Source: Minisyncoccota bacterium
GTDB lineage: Bacteria > Patescibacteriota > Minisyncoccia > Phycocordibacterales > UBA9973
Direction: 5' to 3'
Assembly: GCA_041666045.1 (NCBI GenBank)
Contig: JBAYHR010000004.1
Location: forward strand, 4,996-68,995
DNA: 64,000 bases
Positions 54,417 through 63,975 of this stretch are shown here, one piece after another (position 1 is the first letter of the stretch; the number at the start of each line of letters is the position of its first letter). The notes below the pieces were generated by a model. The model made no database searches, was not told the DNA's origin, and saw nothing but the letters and a program-made list of their open reading frames with translations. The position numbers and the translations under genes were made by a program.

Positions 54417-54968
54417 TTAAAATTTAACTTCAACTGGATTTTGAGCAACATCATTATCTGGCAGATCAAAGAATTCCATTTTAGAAAACTTAAATGTATT
54501 AGCTATCACATTTGATGGGAAACTTTGGATACTAATATTTAGATCACGAACATTTGTATTATAAAATCTTCGCGCAGCTTGAATCTTATTTTCTGTATCA
54601 GAAAGTTCTGATTGTAAACCTAAAAAGTTTTGATTTGCCTTTAAATCTGGATAAGCTTCTGCTATAGCAAAAATTGATTTCAAAGCGCCTGTAAGCATAT
54701 TTTCAGCTTCTGCGTGACCTTTTGTAGGCCCTTGCGCTCCCATAGCCATAGATCTTGCTTTAGTAACATTCTCAAATGCAGAAGATTCATGAGTCGCATA
54801 ACCCTTCACAGCATTTACTAAATTAGGAATCAAATCATATCTTCTTTTTAATTGAACTTCAATGTCAGCCCAAGCTTCTTGTGCTCTATTTCTAAGAGAA
54901 ATAAAACGATTAAACGCATAAACCACCCATAAAATCACTACCCCTAAAATTATCCAAAGATACATCAT
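54417..54968 (-). CDS. lemA: LemA family protein
   Basis: N-terminal TM; LemA-like RRYDLIPNLV motif. Confidence 0.75.
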   Translation of the reverse strand: MMYLWIILGVVILWVVYAFNRFISLRNRAQEAWADIEVQLKRRYDLIPNLVNAVKGYATHESSAFENVTKARSMAMGAQGPTKGHAEAENMLTGALKSIFAIAEAYPDLKANQNFLGLQSELSDTENKIQAARRFYNTNVRDLNISIQSFPSNVIANTFKFSKMEFFDLPDNDVAQNPVEVKF

Positions 54969-55013
54969 ATATTTATTAAAATTAAGTTAATAATAACTAT
55001 TAAAAAATTGAAA

Positions 55014-55910
55014 TTATTTTTTCTTTGCTTGCCACTCTTCCATTAAAACTAAAAGAGGCGAAGCCAAGAAGATAGATGAATATGTTCCAAAGAACATTCC
55101 AGCTGTAAGCATCAAAGCAAAATATTTTGTAGATGTAGGACCAAAGAAAACGAGAGATAACAATACTAATATAACAGTTAAAGATGTACAGATAGATCGC
55201 ACGTATGATTGTTCTAAACTTTTACCAACTGTTTCATTAAAAGTAGTTTCAACTCTGTTTTTTAAATTTTCTCTTATTCTGTCAAAAATAACAATAGTAT
55301 CAGAAACTGAAAGTCCTAAGATAGTAAGTACCGCCACAACAAACAAAGTATCTAACTCTGCTCCATAGTAATGTGAAAGCATTGAAAAAAGTCCAACAGG
55401 AATAATAACATCATGCAATAGAGATATAACAGCCATGAAACCATATTTCCAAGAAGAAACAGGCTTAGAAACTTTTCTGAAAGCATAAGCGATGAAAAAT
55501 ATAATAGCGAGTGATACTAATATGATAGCTATGATAGCTTTCTTTGTAAGTTCACGTCCAACTGAAGGTCCGATAGAATTAAAACTCTTTTCTTCTAAAG
55601 CGCTCTTCCCATCTTGAGAAAGTGTCTTCAAAATTAATCCATGTTCAGCTTCATTTAAATCACGAGACTTTACAATATAACCCATATCTCCTGTAGGTTG
55701 TAATAAAATGGAACCAAAATTTAAAGCTTCTAGTGAAGCGCTTAAGTCAGTTTGTAATGGTCTTGCATCCTTATAAACTACTTCAGTCAAAGCTCCTCCT
55801 TTAAAATCAATACCAACTTTTAATCCAAATACAGAAATTGAAACAATTGAAAGTATGACTAGTACAATTGAGATTCCGATAAATATTTTTTTGTTTTTTA
55901 TTATAAACAT
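55014..55910 (-). CDS. secF: Protein translocase subunit SecF
   Basis: Six-TM SecF fold; position downstream of secD. Confidence 0.85.
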   Translation of the reverse strand: MFIIKNKKIFIGISIVLVILSIVSISVFGLKVGIDFKGGALTEVVYKDARPLQTDLSASLEALNFGSILLQPTGDMGYIVKSRDLNEAEHGLILKTLSQDGKSALEEKSFNSIGPSVGRELTKKAIIAIILVSLAIIFFIAYAFRKVSKPVSSWKYGFMAVISLLHDVIIPVGLFSMLSHYYGAELDTLFVVAVLTILGLSVSDTIVIFDRIRENLKNRVETTFNETVGKSLEQSYVRSICTSLTVILVLLSLVFFGPTSTKYFALMLTAGMFFGTYSSIFLASPLLVLMEEWQAKKK

Positions 55911-55927
55911 TGATTTTATTTTACTTA

Positions 55928-57289
55928 TTATTTTGATAAGCCTGAACTAAATAAAAATCTTGCTAACTTACTTTCTCCAATAAAACTAATTGCTGAAAGG
56001 AAAATTCTTGTGATAGTAATAGCAGAAAGCATTGATACCAATACACCCATACCAAGAGTCAAAGCAAAACCTTTAATCAGTGATGTACCAAACCAGAAAA
56101 GGATAATAGCAGTTATGATACTTGAGGTATTTGAATCACGGATAGAAAACCAAGCGCGAGAGAATCCAGCAGAAACAGAATCTGCAATGGTTCTTCCAGA
56201 ACGTAATTCTTCTTTTACACGTTCAAAAATAAGAACGTTTGCATCCACTGCAATACCTATTGAAATAATAAAACCGGCAATGCCTGCAGCAGTCAGAGTA
56301 ACTGGTAAAAGTTTGAATAAAGTTAACATAATAACAATATAAATACATAAAGAAAGTACTGCTATTAATCCTGGTAATCTGTACCAAAGTATTAAAAACA
56401 ATGCTATAAATAAAAATCCAATTATTGCAGCTTTTACTCCAGAATTCATGGCATTATCTCCTAAACTTGCTCCGATAGTTTGTTTTGAAAGTAATGTTAT
56501 AGGTACAGGAAGAGCGCCAGAGTTTAACCTGCCAACTAATTGTTTTGCTTCTGTCGGTGTAAAATTTCCTGAAATTTGAGCAGTACCGCCTGTTATTTCT
56601 TCACGAACAACTGGAGTAGAAATTGGTGCCCCATCTAGATATATTGCAACAATTTTTCCAACATTATCTTTTGTTATTTGCGCAAACAATTCTGTTCCCT
56701 TATCATCAAATTGTAAACCTACTTTTGGTTCACGAGTATTTTGATCAAATTCTAAAGTTGCTTTCTTTAAATATCTACCAGTTAATTCTGTATCAACAAA
56801 TTGTTGACTTACATCTACAGTTGCTTTTCCATCTTTATCTACAGTTAATTGTTGAGGTTGATCTTTTGGTGCTTCAATTTTAAATTCCAAAAGTGGAGTC
56901 TGTCCGATCATAGCTGTAGCTTTTTCAACATCAGTAATACCTGGAAGATCAACAATAAGCTTCTCTTCCCCTCCTGAAACGAAACCTCCTTCTTGAATCT
57001 GCACTACTGGTTCAGAAACTCCAAAAAGATTAACTCTGCGTTCTATAACATCACGAAGAGCGTTCATTGAATTTGAAACTTCACCAGCTTTTATTGCTGA
57101 AACATCTGCTTTGTAAATCAAATGACTTCCCCCAGAAAGGTCTAATCCCAAACGAAATGGAGTCTTCTTAAAAAATGAACTTTGATTTTCAAAATTTGAA
57201 TTTAATTTAGGTTCAGATTTAAATACAAAAAAAGCAATACCAATTCCTAATAACAATATAATAATAGCTAATATCCTTTTTTTAATCAT
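55928..57289 (-). CDS. secD: Protein translocase subunit SecD
   Basis: SecD periplasmic and TM domains; start set at the internal Met (MIKKRILAII) because the upstream ORF extension is encoded by a family B repeat element. Confidence 0.85.
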   Translation of the reverse strand: MIKKRILAIIILLLGIGIAFFVFKSEPKLNSNFENQSSFFKKTPFRLGLDLSGGSHLIYKADVSAIKAGEVSNSMNALRDVIERRVNLFGVSEPVVQIQEGGFVSGGEEKLIVDLPGITDVEKATAMIGQTPLLEFKIEAPKDQPQQLTVDKDGKATVDVSQQFVDTELTGRYLKKATLEFDQNTREPKVGLQFDDKGTELFAQITKDNVGKIVAIYLDGAPISTPVVREEITGGTAQISGNFTPTEAKQLVGRLNSGALPVPITLLSKQTIGASLGDNAMNSGVKAAIIGFLFIALFLILWYRLPGLIAVLSLCIYIVIMLTLFKLLPVTLTAAGIAGFIISIGIAVDANVLIFERVKEELRSGRTIADSVSAGFSRAWFSIRDSNTSSIITAIILFWFGTSLIKGFALTLGMGVLVSMLSAITITRIFLSAISFIGESKLARFLFSSGLSK

Positions 57290-57306
57290 ATTAATTCTTT
57301 TCCATG

Positions 57307-57335
57307 CCCCGTAGGAAGCTATGCTTTCCTTCGGG
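57307..57335. repeat. GC-rich palindromic element, family B copy 2 (CCCCGTAGGAAGCTATGCTTTCCTTCGGG) in the secD leader
   Basis: About 85% identical to 21256-21284. Confidence 0.55.
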
Positions 57336-57468
57336 ATTCCACATAAATATGAGACTATTCTATACGTTTTCAAAAAAATATGCAATAGTTGCATAAATAT
57401 CGTTCTATATGAATAAATATTATAATTTATATGAATTAAAAAAGCCCCAAATAAAATTATTCAGAGCT

Positions 57469-58089
57469 TTAGTAGTTTGTTAAATTTTGCAAAATAATCC
57501 ATTTTAGATCATCTGAGGTTTCAATATCAATATTAATAGGAATTTTAAAAGTGAGAACTTCAACACTTTTTGGAACATATCGTCTTATTCCACGAAAATT
57601 TATTTCATTAATAAATTTACTTAAAGATGTTTCTATTACACCATTCTCCTTATTAGCAGCATGAATAACAGTTTTATTTTCTGTTGCAATCCCAACATGA
57701 CCAACTCCATCCACAGGATTACTAATATAATAATCGATATAACCAGAAATAAAAACTAAATCACCAGCCATAATTTCTTTAATATCAACAATCTCACCCA
57801 GTTCACGTTGTTGAATAGATCTTCTTGGCAACCAAATACCACGTTGAGCATATAAATATTTCATAAAACTAGAACAGTCTAAAACTGCTGGAGCTTCAAA
57901 AATTCTTACACCACGTCTATATTGTGATTTACCAACACACTGTTTAGCTAATTCAAGAATATCTACTTCAATTTTTTCAAAACCTTTTCTATTTAATATT
58001 TCTAAGGCTTCCTTATGCGAAATAGGTAAATTAAATGAATCAAACATAACAGCACAACGACTTTCTGTAGCTTTATATTCAAATTCCAT
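57469..58089 (-). CDS. NlpC/P60 family peptidase-like protein (no signal peptide)
   Basis: DCSSFMKYLYAQRGIWLPR (catalytic Cys context) ... GHVGIA (His). Confidence 0.6.
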   Translation of the reverse strand: MEFEYKATESRCAVMFDSFNLPISHKEALEILNRKGFEKIEVDILELAKQCVGKSQYRRGVRIFEAPAVLDCSSFMKYLYAQRGIWLPRRSIQQRELGEIVDIKEIMAGDLVFISGYIDYYISNPVDGVGHVGIATENKTVIHAANKENGVIETSLSKFINEINFRGIRRYVPKSVEVLTFKIPINIDIETSDDLKWIILQNLTNY

Positions 58090-58492
58090 TTTTCCTTCTT
58101 TTAATTGTTATTGAACCTTGTAAAAGACAACACAGAGTGGAATTCAAAAAATCTTTTGGAAAATTATCCCCTCTATGCAAAGAAAGCGTTGGAAAAACAT
58201 AAACTTCTTTTATTGGATCATTTGTAATTTGGCTTAAAAAATACATCATTTGTTGGTCATTCGTTTCTCCTACTAATGGAGTAAAAAATTTTCTTATTGC
58301 TGTTAATTCATCTACTGAAAAAAACAAACAAGCATCTACTATGGTAGCGTGTTTATTTTTATTTTTTCTTTTTTCAATGCTTACAGATTTCTTAATTATG
58401 TGTTCAAGCATTTCTAAAAAAGAAATTTTTCCTGTAAATTCTTCAAATTCAATAAGCCTTGAAGAACCTTTTCCGTTTAATTTTAAAACCAT
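58079..58492 (-). CDS. Hypothetical protein
   Basis: ORF only. Confidence 0.3.
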   Translation of the reverse strand: MVLKLNGKGSSRLIEFEEFTGKISFLEMLEHIIKKSVSIEKRKNKNKHATIVDACLFFSVDELTAIRKFFTPLVGETNDQQMMYFLSQITNDPIKEVYVFPTLSLHRGDNFPKDFLNSTLCCLLQGSITIKRRKNGI

Positions 58493-58613
58493 ATTACCTC
58501 CTTTTTTAATGAACTTTTATATCTTTAAAATACCAAACTAAAATTATCTTGTCAAGATATATTAAAAAAATTAATGATTTGCCTTAATTTCATATTTTTA
58601 ATAGAATTAACAT

Positions 58614-59336
58614 ATGGAAAATAATAAAAGTTATGTAGTGTTTGGTTTTATTTTAGGTCTCTCTATTATTATAAGCGCAGGGTTAGGATCTTTTACTTTT
58701 TATAAACTCCGTTCAATGGATTATATTTCAACAACTGGTTCTGCAAAAAAAGCAGTGACTTCAGATAAAGTAAAGTGGACTTCAAGTATCACTCGTCCTG
58801 TAAAAGTTTCAACTATTAAAGATGGTTATGTAAAAATGGATGCAGATTTAAAAGAAGTAAAAACTTTCTTGGCTTCAAACGGAATTGCATTAGAATCAAT
58901 AGATATCTCCCCTGTCTTTATGAATGAAGTTTATGACAACAATCCTGGACAAGAGAAAAATTATAATTTAGTTCAAAACATTGAAGTTCAATCTGAAGAT
59001 GTCCAAAAAATTTCTGAATTATCAAAAAATACAAGTTCTCTAATCATAAGCAAGGGAGTTATCTTTTCTACAAACTCTGTTGAATATTATTATTCAAAAC
59101 TTCCACTTGTTCGCGTAGAACTTTTAGCAAATGCAGTCGGTGATGCAAAAGCTCGCGCAGAACAATTAGCTATTGCAGGAGGAAAGAAAATCGGTGTATT
59201 AAAATCTGCTTCAAGTGGAGTAGTGCAAGTAATGGCTCCTAACTCTGTAGAAGTTTCTGATTATGGAATGTATGACACTTCAAAAATAAATAAAGAAATA
59301 ATGGTCACGGTAAAAGCAAGTTTTGAAATAAATTAG
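58614..59336 (+). CDS. SIMPL/DUF541-like membrane-anchored protein
   Basis: N-terminal TM; overall SIMPL-like pattern (weak). Confidence 0.45.
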   Translation: MENNKSYVVFGFILGLSIIISAGLGSFTFYKLRSMDYISTTGSAKKAVTSDKVKWTSSITRPVKVSTIKDGYVKMDADLKEVKTFLASNGIALESIDISPVFMNEVYDNNPGQEKNYNLVQNIEVQSEDVQKISELSKNTSSLIISKGVIFSTNSVEYYYSKLPLVRVELLANAVGDAKARAEQLAIAGGKKIGVLKSASSGVVQVMAPNSVEVSDYGMYDTSKINKEIMVTVKASFEIN

Positions 59337-59406
59337 CAATTTAAAAACTCAGTAATAAAACTTTTCGCCTGCGGGCACTGGCTTCGTCTTGTCCGCCAGA
59401 AAAGAT

Positions 59407-59964
59407 TTATTGCTGAGTTTTTTGTTTATTTAACTTCTTATATAAAAATCTGACTAAATAAGCAGTTAAAATTCCCAAAATAAAACCTCCTAAAATATCA
59501 ATTGGGAAATGCACTCCTGCGACAATACGAGCTACTCCAATTAATAATGCAAAAAATATAAATAAATAACCAATTTTTTTGTGACTGAAAAATATAGCAA
59601 AAGCTAAAGCCATATAGAATGTCGCATGACCAGACGGAAAAGCAAAACCTGTTTCCGGAATAAGACTTGATACATTTTGAAATTCTACAAATGGTCTAGG
59701 TGTATGAATTAACAATTTTAAAACTTGTGAAATACACCAAGCAAAAATTCCAGAGAAAAAAACCAAAACAATTTCCTTCCATCTTTTTGCAAAAACTTTA
59801 AAAGGATTTTTTGAAAGTAAAACATCATGGTGAAAAAGTAAAAATATTCCCGCCAAAAAAATTACAATATAAGGAAAAGTATGTGCTATAAAAACAACAA
59901 ATTTATCGAAAAATTCTGATCTATGAGCTAAATTATAAAAAAAGAAAAAAATTGTATTATTCAT
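59407..59964 (-). CDS. PAP2 family phosphatase (undecaprenyl-diphosphatase-like)
   Basis: KxxxxxxRP-like, PSGH (FPSGHATF), and SRxxxxxHxxxD-like (RIVAGVHFPID) motifs. Confidence 0.75.
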   Translation of the reverse strand: MNNTIFFFFYNLAHRSEFFDKFVVFIAHTFPYIVIFLAGIFLLFHHDVLLSKNPFKVFAKRWKEIVLVFFSGIFAWCISQVLKLLIHTPRPFVEFQNVSSLIPETGFAFPSGHATFYMALAFAIFFSHKKIGYLFIFFALLIGVARIVAGVHFPIDILGGFILGILTAYLVRFLYKKLNKQKTQQ

Positions 59965-60081
59965 CCCGTTAGAAATAGGAAATCTTTAGATTTCCGTAGT
60001 TAATTTATTAATAATGACTTCTATATACTTCATAATTGTTTATCTTACAAAACACAACTTAACTTTTTAATTTCTAACGGG
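59965..60081. mobile_element. MITE-like element, copy 3 (117 bp; TSD ATTCAT); supplies the last codons and stop of folD
   Basis: About 90% identical to copy 1; flanked by a 6-bp direct repeat; the folD reading frame ends NESR-TAG inside the element TIR. Confidence 0.75.
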
Positions 60082-60964
60082 ATTCATTGTATGTTTGTTT
60101 TAAATTATTTTTTGCTACATTTACTACATTTTTCAATAACATAGCTACAGCCACAGGCCCCACTCCCCCAGGCACAGGCGAAACAAAACTCGCAACATCT
60201 TTCACTGAATCCAAATCAACATCTCCAACGATAGCACCATTTTCTTCAGAAGTTCCAGCATCTATTATCACAACTCCGCTCTTGACCATATCACCTGTAA
60301 TATATTTTCCATTCCCCATTCCAGAAATTATTATATCAGCTTGTTTTATAAGATCTTCTTTATTCTCCCCGCCTGCATCGCTATGCGAAGCATTGCGGGC
60401 AGGTGTTTTGCGAGTAATCACTTTTGGATTCAACCCACGAAATTTAAGAAGTGCCGTAACGGGTTTTCCCACTAATTCACCTTGACCTAAAACAACTATT
60501 TTTTTACTTTTTAAATCTAAATTCAAAGAATCTAAAATCTCCATACAAGAAAGCGGAGCTGGCAGACCTAAATCTATTTTTCCACCATAAAATTCTTTAC
60601 TCCTCTCTTCTCCTAAACAATCAACATCAAGACTAGGATCAATCGCATCTAAAATCTTTTTTTTATCTAAAGATTCTGGAAGTGGAAGTTGAATAATTAT
60701 TCCACACATATTTGGCATTTTATTTAAAATTTTTATTTCTTCCACAAGCTCATTGGTAGATATAGTTGAAGGAAAAATAGCATCATGGAAACTAATGCCG
60801 ACAGATTCTGCTGTACGCTTTTTCATACGCACATATTGAGTTGAAGCTAAATCATCACCAATAAGCACATCGCAAAAAATAGGCTTAAACGATAAAGAAG
60901 CCACATCTTTTTTTAATTTAGATAAAATTTCATCGCGTATTTTTCTCCCGTTAATTATTTTCAT
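60074..60964 (-). CDS. folD: Bifunctional methylenetetrahydrofolate dehydrogenase/cyclohydrolase FolD (with 13-aa GC-rich insertion)
   Basis: FolD core motifs (YVRMKKR, GGVGP); 296 aa; insertion PARNASHSDAGGE relative to canonical FolD. Confidence 0.9.
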   Translation of the reverse strand: MKIINGRKIRDEILSKLKKDVASLSFKPIFCDVLIGDDLASTQYVRMKKRTAESVGISFHDAIFPSTISTNELVEEIKILNKMPNMCGIIIQLPLPESLDKKKILDAIDPSLDVDCLGEERSKEFYGGKIDLGLPAPLSCMEILDSLNLDLKSKKIVVLGQGELVGKPVTALLKFRGLNPKVITRKTPARNASHSDAGGENKEDLIKQADIIISGMGNGKYITGDMVKSGVVIIDAGTSEENGAIVGDVDLDSVKDVASFVSPVPGGVGPVAVAMLLKNVVNVAKNNLKQTYNESR

Positions 60965-62094
60965 ACTCCTAAAAATTCATTTTTTAAATCATCTCTATGC
61001 ACTGATCTTGCATAACTGCGCATACTCATTAAAATGCCTAATCCTGCAAATTCAGTCAAAAGATGCGAACCGCCATAACTCATAAAAGGTAAAGTTATTC
61101 CGGTCACAGGCATAAGTCCTAAATTCATTCCTATATTTATGAGTATATGACTCATTAAATAAATAGCAATGCCCATGCCAAAAAGCATTTCAAAATTAGA
61201 CGCGCCAATAGACGCAGTACTAAGCACTCTCCAAATCACAAGACCAAAAAGCAAAAAAATTAAAAGCGAACCTATAAAACCCCATTCTTCTGAAAAGGCC
61301 GCGAAAATAAAATCTGTTTGATTTTCTGGCAAAAATTTCAAACGTGACTGTGTACCAAAACCTAAACCCTTCCCTAAAACTTGCCCAGACCCAACAGCAA
61401 TAGTAGATTGAAGCGCATTATATCCAGAACCGTGAATATCAGCGAGTGGATTAAGAAAATTTACAATACGGGCCTTTTGATAAGGAGCGAAAGCAAAAAG
61501 CCAAAGTAAAGAAAACATTACAGCTCCAGATAAAAAAACTAAAAGTAAATGTGTTTTAGAAATTCCTGAGACAAGAACCATACCAAGCCATATAAGAAAA
61601 ATAATCATTGCTGATCCAAAGTCTGGTTGAAGTAAAACTAAAACAAAAGGAATTAATGCGTAAAGCCCGGAAATAAAAATGTGTTTTATGTTTTTGATTT
61701 CAACGTGCCTGCGAGAAAAATATTTTGCCAAAATAAGCACCAATACAAGCTTCATCATATCTGCTGGCTGAAAAGAAAATCCTCCAAAATCAAACCAGCT
61801 TTTTGCTCCGTGTGAAATATGCCCCAAAACAAAAAGAATCAAAAGCATTCCAGAAAATAATAATAAAAGAAAAATTAATACATCAGTACGCTTTAAAAAA
61901 CGAAAATCAATAAAAGAAAAAATTAAAAAAACAGCAAAAGACACAACTACCCAAATAATTTGTTTATTAAAAAAACTTGCATTACCTTCAATAGATGCAA
62001 ATGATTTCATTGTTACAAGTCCAAAAAAAATTATAGGAACAATAAAAAGAACCAAAAGCCAATCTATTCTTTTAAAAAAATCTCTTACTTCCAT
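60961..62094 (-). CDS. ftsW: SEDS family peptidoglycan glycosyltransferase (FtsW/RodA)
   Basis: Ten-TM SEDS architecture; conserved C-terminal region (PFMSYGGSHLL). Confidence 0.8.
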   Translation of the reverse strand: MEVRDFFKRIDWLLVLFIVPIIFFGLVTMKSFASIEGNASFFNKQIIWVVVSFAVFLIFSFIDFRFLKRTDVLIFLLLLFSGMLLILFVLGHISHGAKSWFDFGGFSFQPADMMKLVLVLILAKYFSRRHVEIKNIKHIFISGLYALIPFVLVLLQPDFGSAMIIFLIWLGMVLVSGISKTHLLLVFLSGAVMFSLLWLFAFAPYQKARIVNFLNPLADIHGSGYNALQSTIAVGSGQVLGKGLGFGTQSRLKFLPENQTDFIFAAFSEEWGFIGSLLIFLLFGLVIWRVLSTASIGASNFEMLFGMGIAIYLMSHILINIGMNLGLMPVTGITLPFMSYGGSHLLTEFAGLGILMSMRSYARSVHRDDLKNEFLGV

Positions 62095-62098
62095 ATAT

Positions 62099-62881
62099 CT
62101 ATTTTAATTTTACAGAAAAAATATTATACATAGGAATTATTTCCTCAGAAATAATATTTTTAAAAAATGGTTCCGGCCAAGTAAATGTAATTTCTTTACT
62201 CTCTTCTCCAAATAAAGTATCTAAATACGTGCGACTTGAATTCACCACATTTCCTTCTTCATCATATAAAATAACAACGACATTTACTTCTGGAATCTGA
62301 AATAATGAACTATTTTTTAAAGTAGCAGAAAGTATAGGACTTGTGGTTTCATTATTTAATTTTATATTTGAAACCAAAACCTTAAGTTGATCTATTTTAT
62401 CTTGTGAAACTTGAATCCAAACAGGTATCTCTGTAAATTCAAAACTTGTATATACAGGAATAGAATTGCCAATATCTATCGCTGGTTCAAAAACAGCAAA
62501 TTTACCAGATGGTGGAACATAAGTTGTGCCTTCCCTTTTGCCTATATATACATTGTCTTTATCAGCAAAACGAAATCTATAACTTATTTTATTTATTGCA
62601 ATATTTTTATTGTGATTTTCCAAATATGCAACTGCATTATAACGTCCATCAACAACTTTAAAAATACGAGACCAAAGAATTGAAATTTGATCTACTTGAA
62701 AAATACAAGCTTTAGGACAAGATCCTCCGCAATCTATTCCTGTCTCATCTCCATTTTGTTTATTATCTACGCAAGTCGGCGCCTTATTTAAACGTGGATA
62801 AATTATTATAAATCCAAACACAAAAATAAAAACAATCAAAATTGCTAAATAAAAAAGCTGTCTCCTAAAAGCCCATGTCAT
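62099..62881 (-). CDS. Hypothetical membrane-anchored protein
   Basis: N-terminal TM; Cys-rich segment (CVDNKQNGDETGIDCGGSCPKAC). Confidence 0.35.
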   Translation of the reverse strand: MTWAFRRQLFYLAILIVFIFVFGFIIIYPRLNKAPTCVDNKQNGDETGIDCGGSCPKACIFQVDQISILWSRIFKVVDGRYNAVAYLENHNKNIAINKISYRFRFADKDNVYIGKREGTTYVPPSGKFAVFEPAIDIGNSIPVYTSFEFTEIPVWIQVSQDKIDQLKVLVSNIKLNNETTSPILSATLKNSSLFQIPEVNVVVILYDEEGNVVNSSRTYLDTLFGEESKEITFTWPEPFFKNIISEEIIPMYNIFSVKLK

Positions 62882-62943
62882 ATAAAAATATTATAACATA
62901 TTAATTTAATCTATTTAGTAAAACTGAATTCGGGAAATAATAT

Positions 62944-63357
62944 TTGACAAAAGATTGCTTATGCTTTATAATAGAAATAAATAACAGTTCTAAAACAAAT
63001 TTAAATAAAATAATTATGGAAAACAAAACTATCTTTATTATTGTTAATCAAAACAAAAATCTGATTGATAAATTACTTAAAATTGCACACGACAATGATT
63101 TCCAAATTTTAGGAAACACTGTAACTTTTGTAAAAGGAGCGACGCTTCAACAAAAAATTGATTCAACGTGTGATTATCTTCTAGGATACAGTTCAAAACT
63201 ATTAAAATTTGATAAAACAGAAGAAGACGAATATGAAATTGATTTTTTAAGATTTCTTCCAGAAAATTGGAGGAATAAAAAAATTTTAAATGGAAATAAA
63301 AAAAAAGAATTAGACCAAGCAATAACTTGGATAAAAGCAAAAAAATCGCCCCAATAG
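62944..63357 (+). CDS. Hypothetical protein
   Basis: 137-aa ORF followed by a terminator. Confidence 0.35.
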   Translation: MTKDCLCFIIEINNSSKTNLNKIIMENKTIFIIVNQNKNLIDKLLKIAHDNDFQILGNTVTFVKGATLQQKIDSTCDYLLGYSSKLLKFDKTEEDEYEIDFLRFLPENWRNKKILNGNKKKELDQAITWIKAKKSPQ

Positions 63358-63370
63358 GCGATTTTTTTTA
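63343..63370 (+). terminator. Rho-independent terminator
   Basis: atcgcc / ggcgat stem with T8. Confidence 0.7.
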
Positions 63371-63615
63371 ATTTATAAAAATTGCGGTGTTTGCTGGACA
63401 AAGTTCGAAACTATTTCGAGCTAAATCCAAATGATTAAAGTTAATGTGTACGCTCGACGATTTTCTTAATTTTAATATCTCCACTACGCTCGACTAACCT
63501 GTTCCGTACCAAGCTTGGCTTTGGTTCGGGATGTGCTAATTCAAAAGTGGACTTAAGAAAATGGAAACGAATTTTAAATGAAAAACATTATTACGAATTA
63601 TTTAATTTCTTCTAT

Positions 63616-63975
63616 TTAAATTTTTCTACTATCATAGGCCCAGTGCAGAACAGCCTGCCTTTGAGCAGGGCGACAAGACAAATCTTTCGCTCGGCAATTC
63701 TTTCTGATCTGTGATATGTGCCGGCTGATGGCTTTCCAGCGCTTGATCTGTCGTTCATCTTCGTTCGGAAGCCGTCTGCCCATGTAATAACGACAATACC
63801 ACTGAAACCAGCCACGAGGGTCGTGCTCTTCATTGATCCAGCCTTTCTTAATCCAGACTTTGAGTGGCTGGCTGGCATGTTTATGGAAAAAGTTGAGCGT
63901 GTCATCGTGATGTTCGGGCGAAAGCTTAGCTCGTATAAACCAACTTTTAGGAAACTCTTTCTTGCAGTCGGTCAT
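63616..63975 (-). CDS. Hypothetical protein in a compositionally foreign (~50% GC) segment
   Basis: Complete 119-aa ORF (MTDCKKEFPKSWF...); GC and codon usage are unlike the rest of the window. Confidence 0.4.
   Translation of the reverse strand: MTDCKKEFPKSWFIRAKLSPEHHDDTLNFFHKHASQPLKVWIKKGWINEEHDPRGWFQWYCRYYMGRRLPNEDERQIKRWKAISRHISQIRKNCRAKDLSCRPAQRQAVLHWAYDSRKI

Noticed and set aside
59360-59402. GC-rich imperfect hairpin between convergent genes (SIMPL-like and PAP2)
   Set aside because: It is probably just a bidirectional terminator. The stem is imperfect and there is no repeat-family match.
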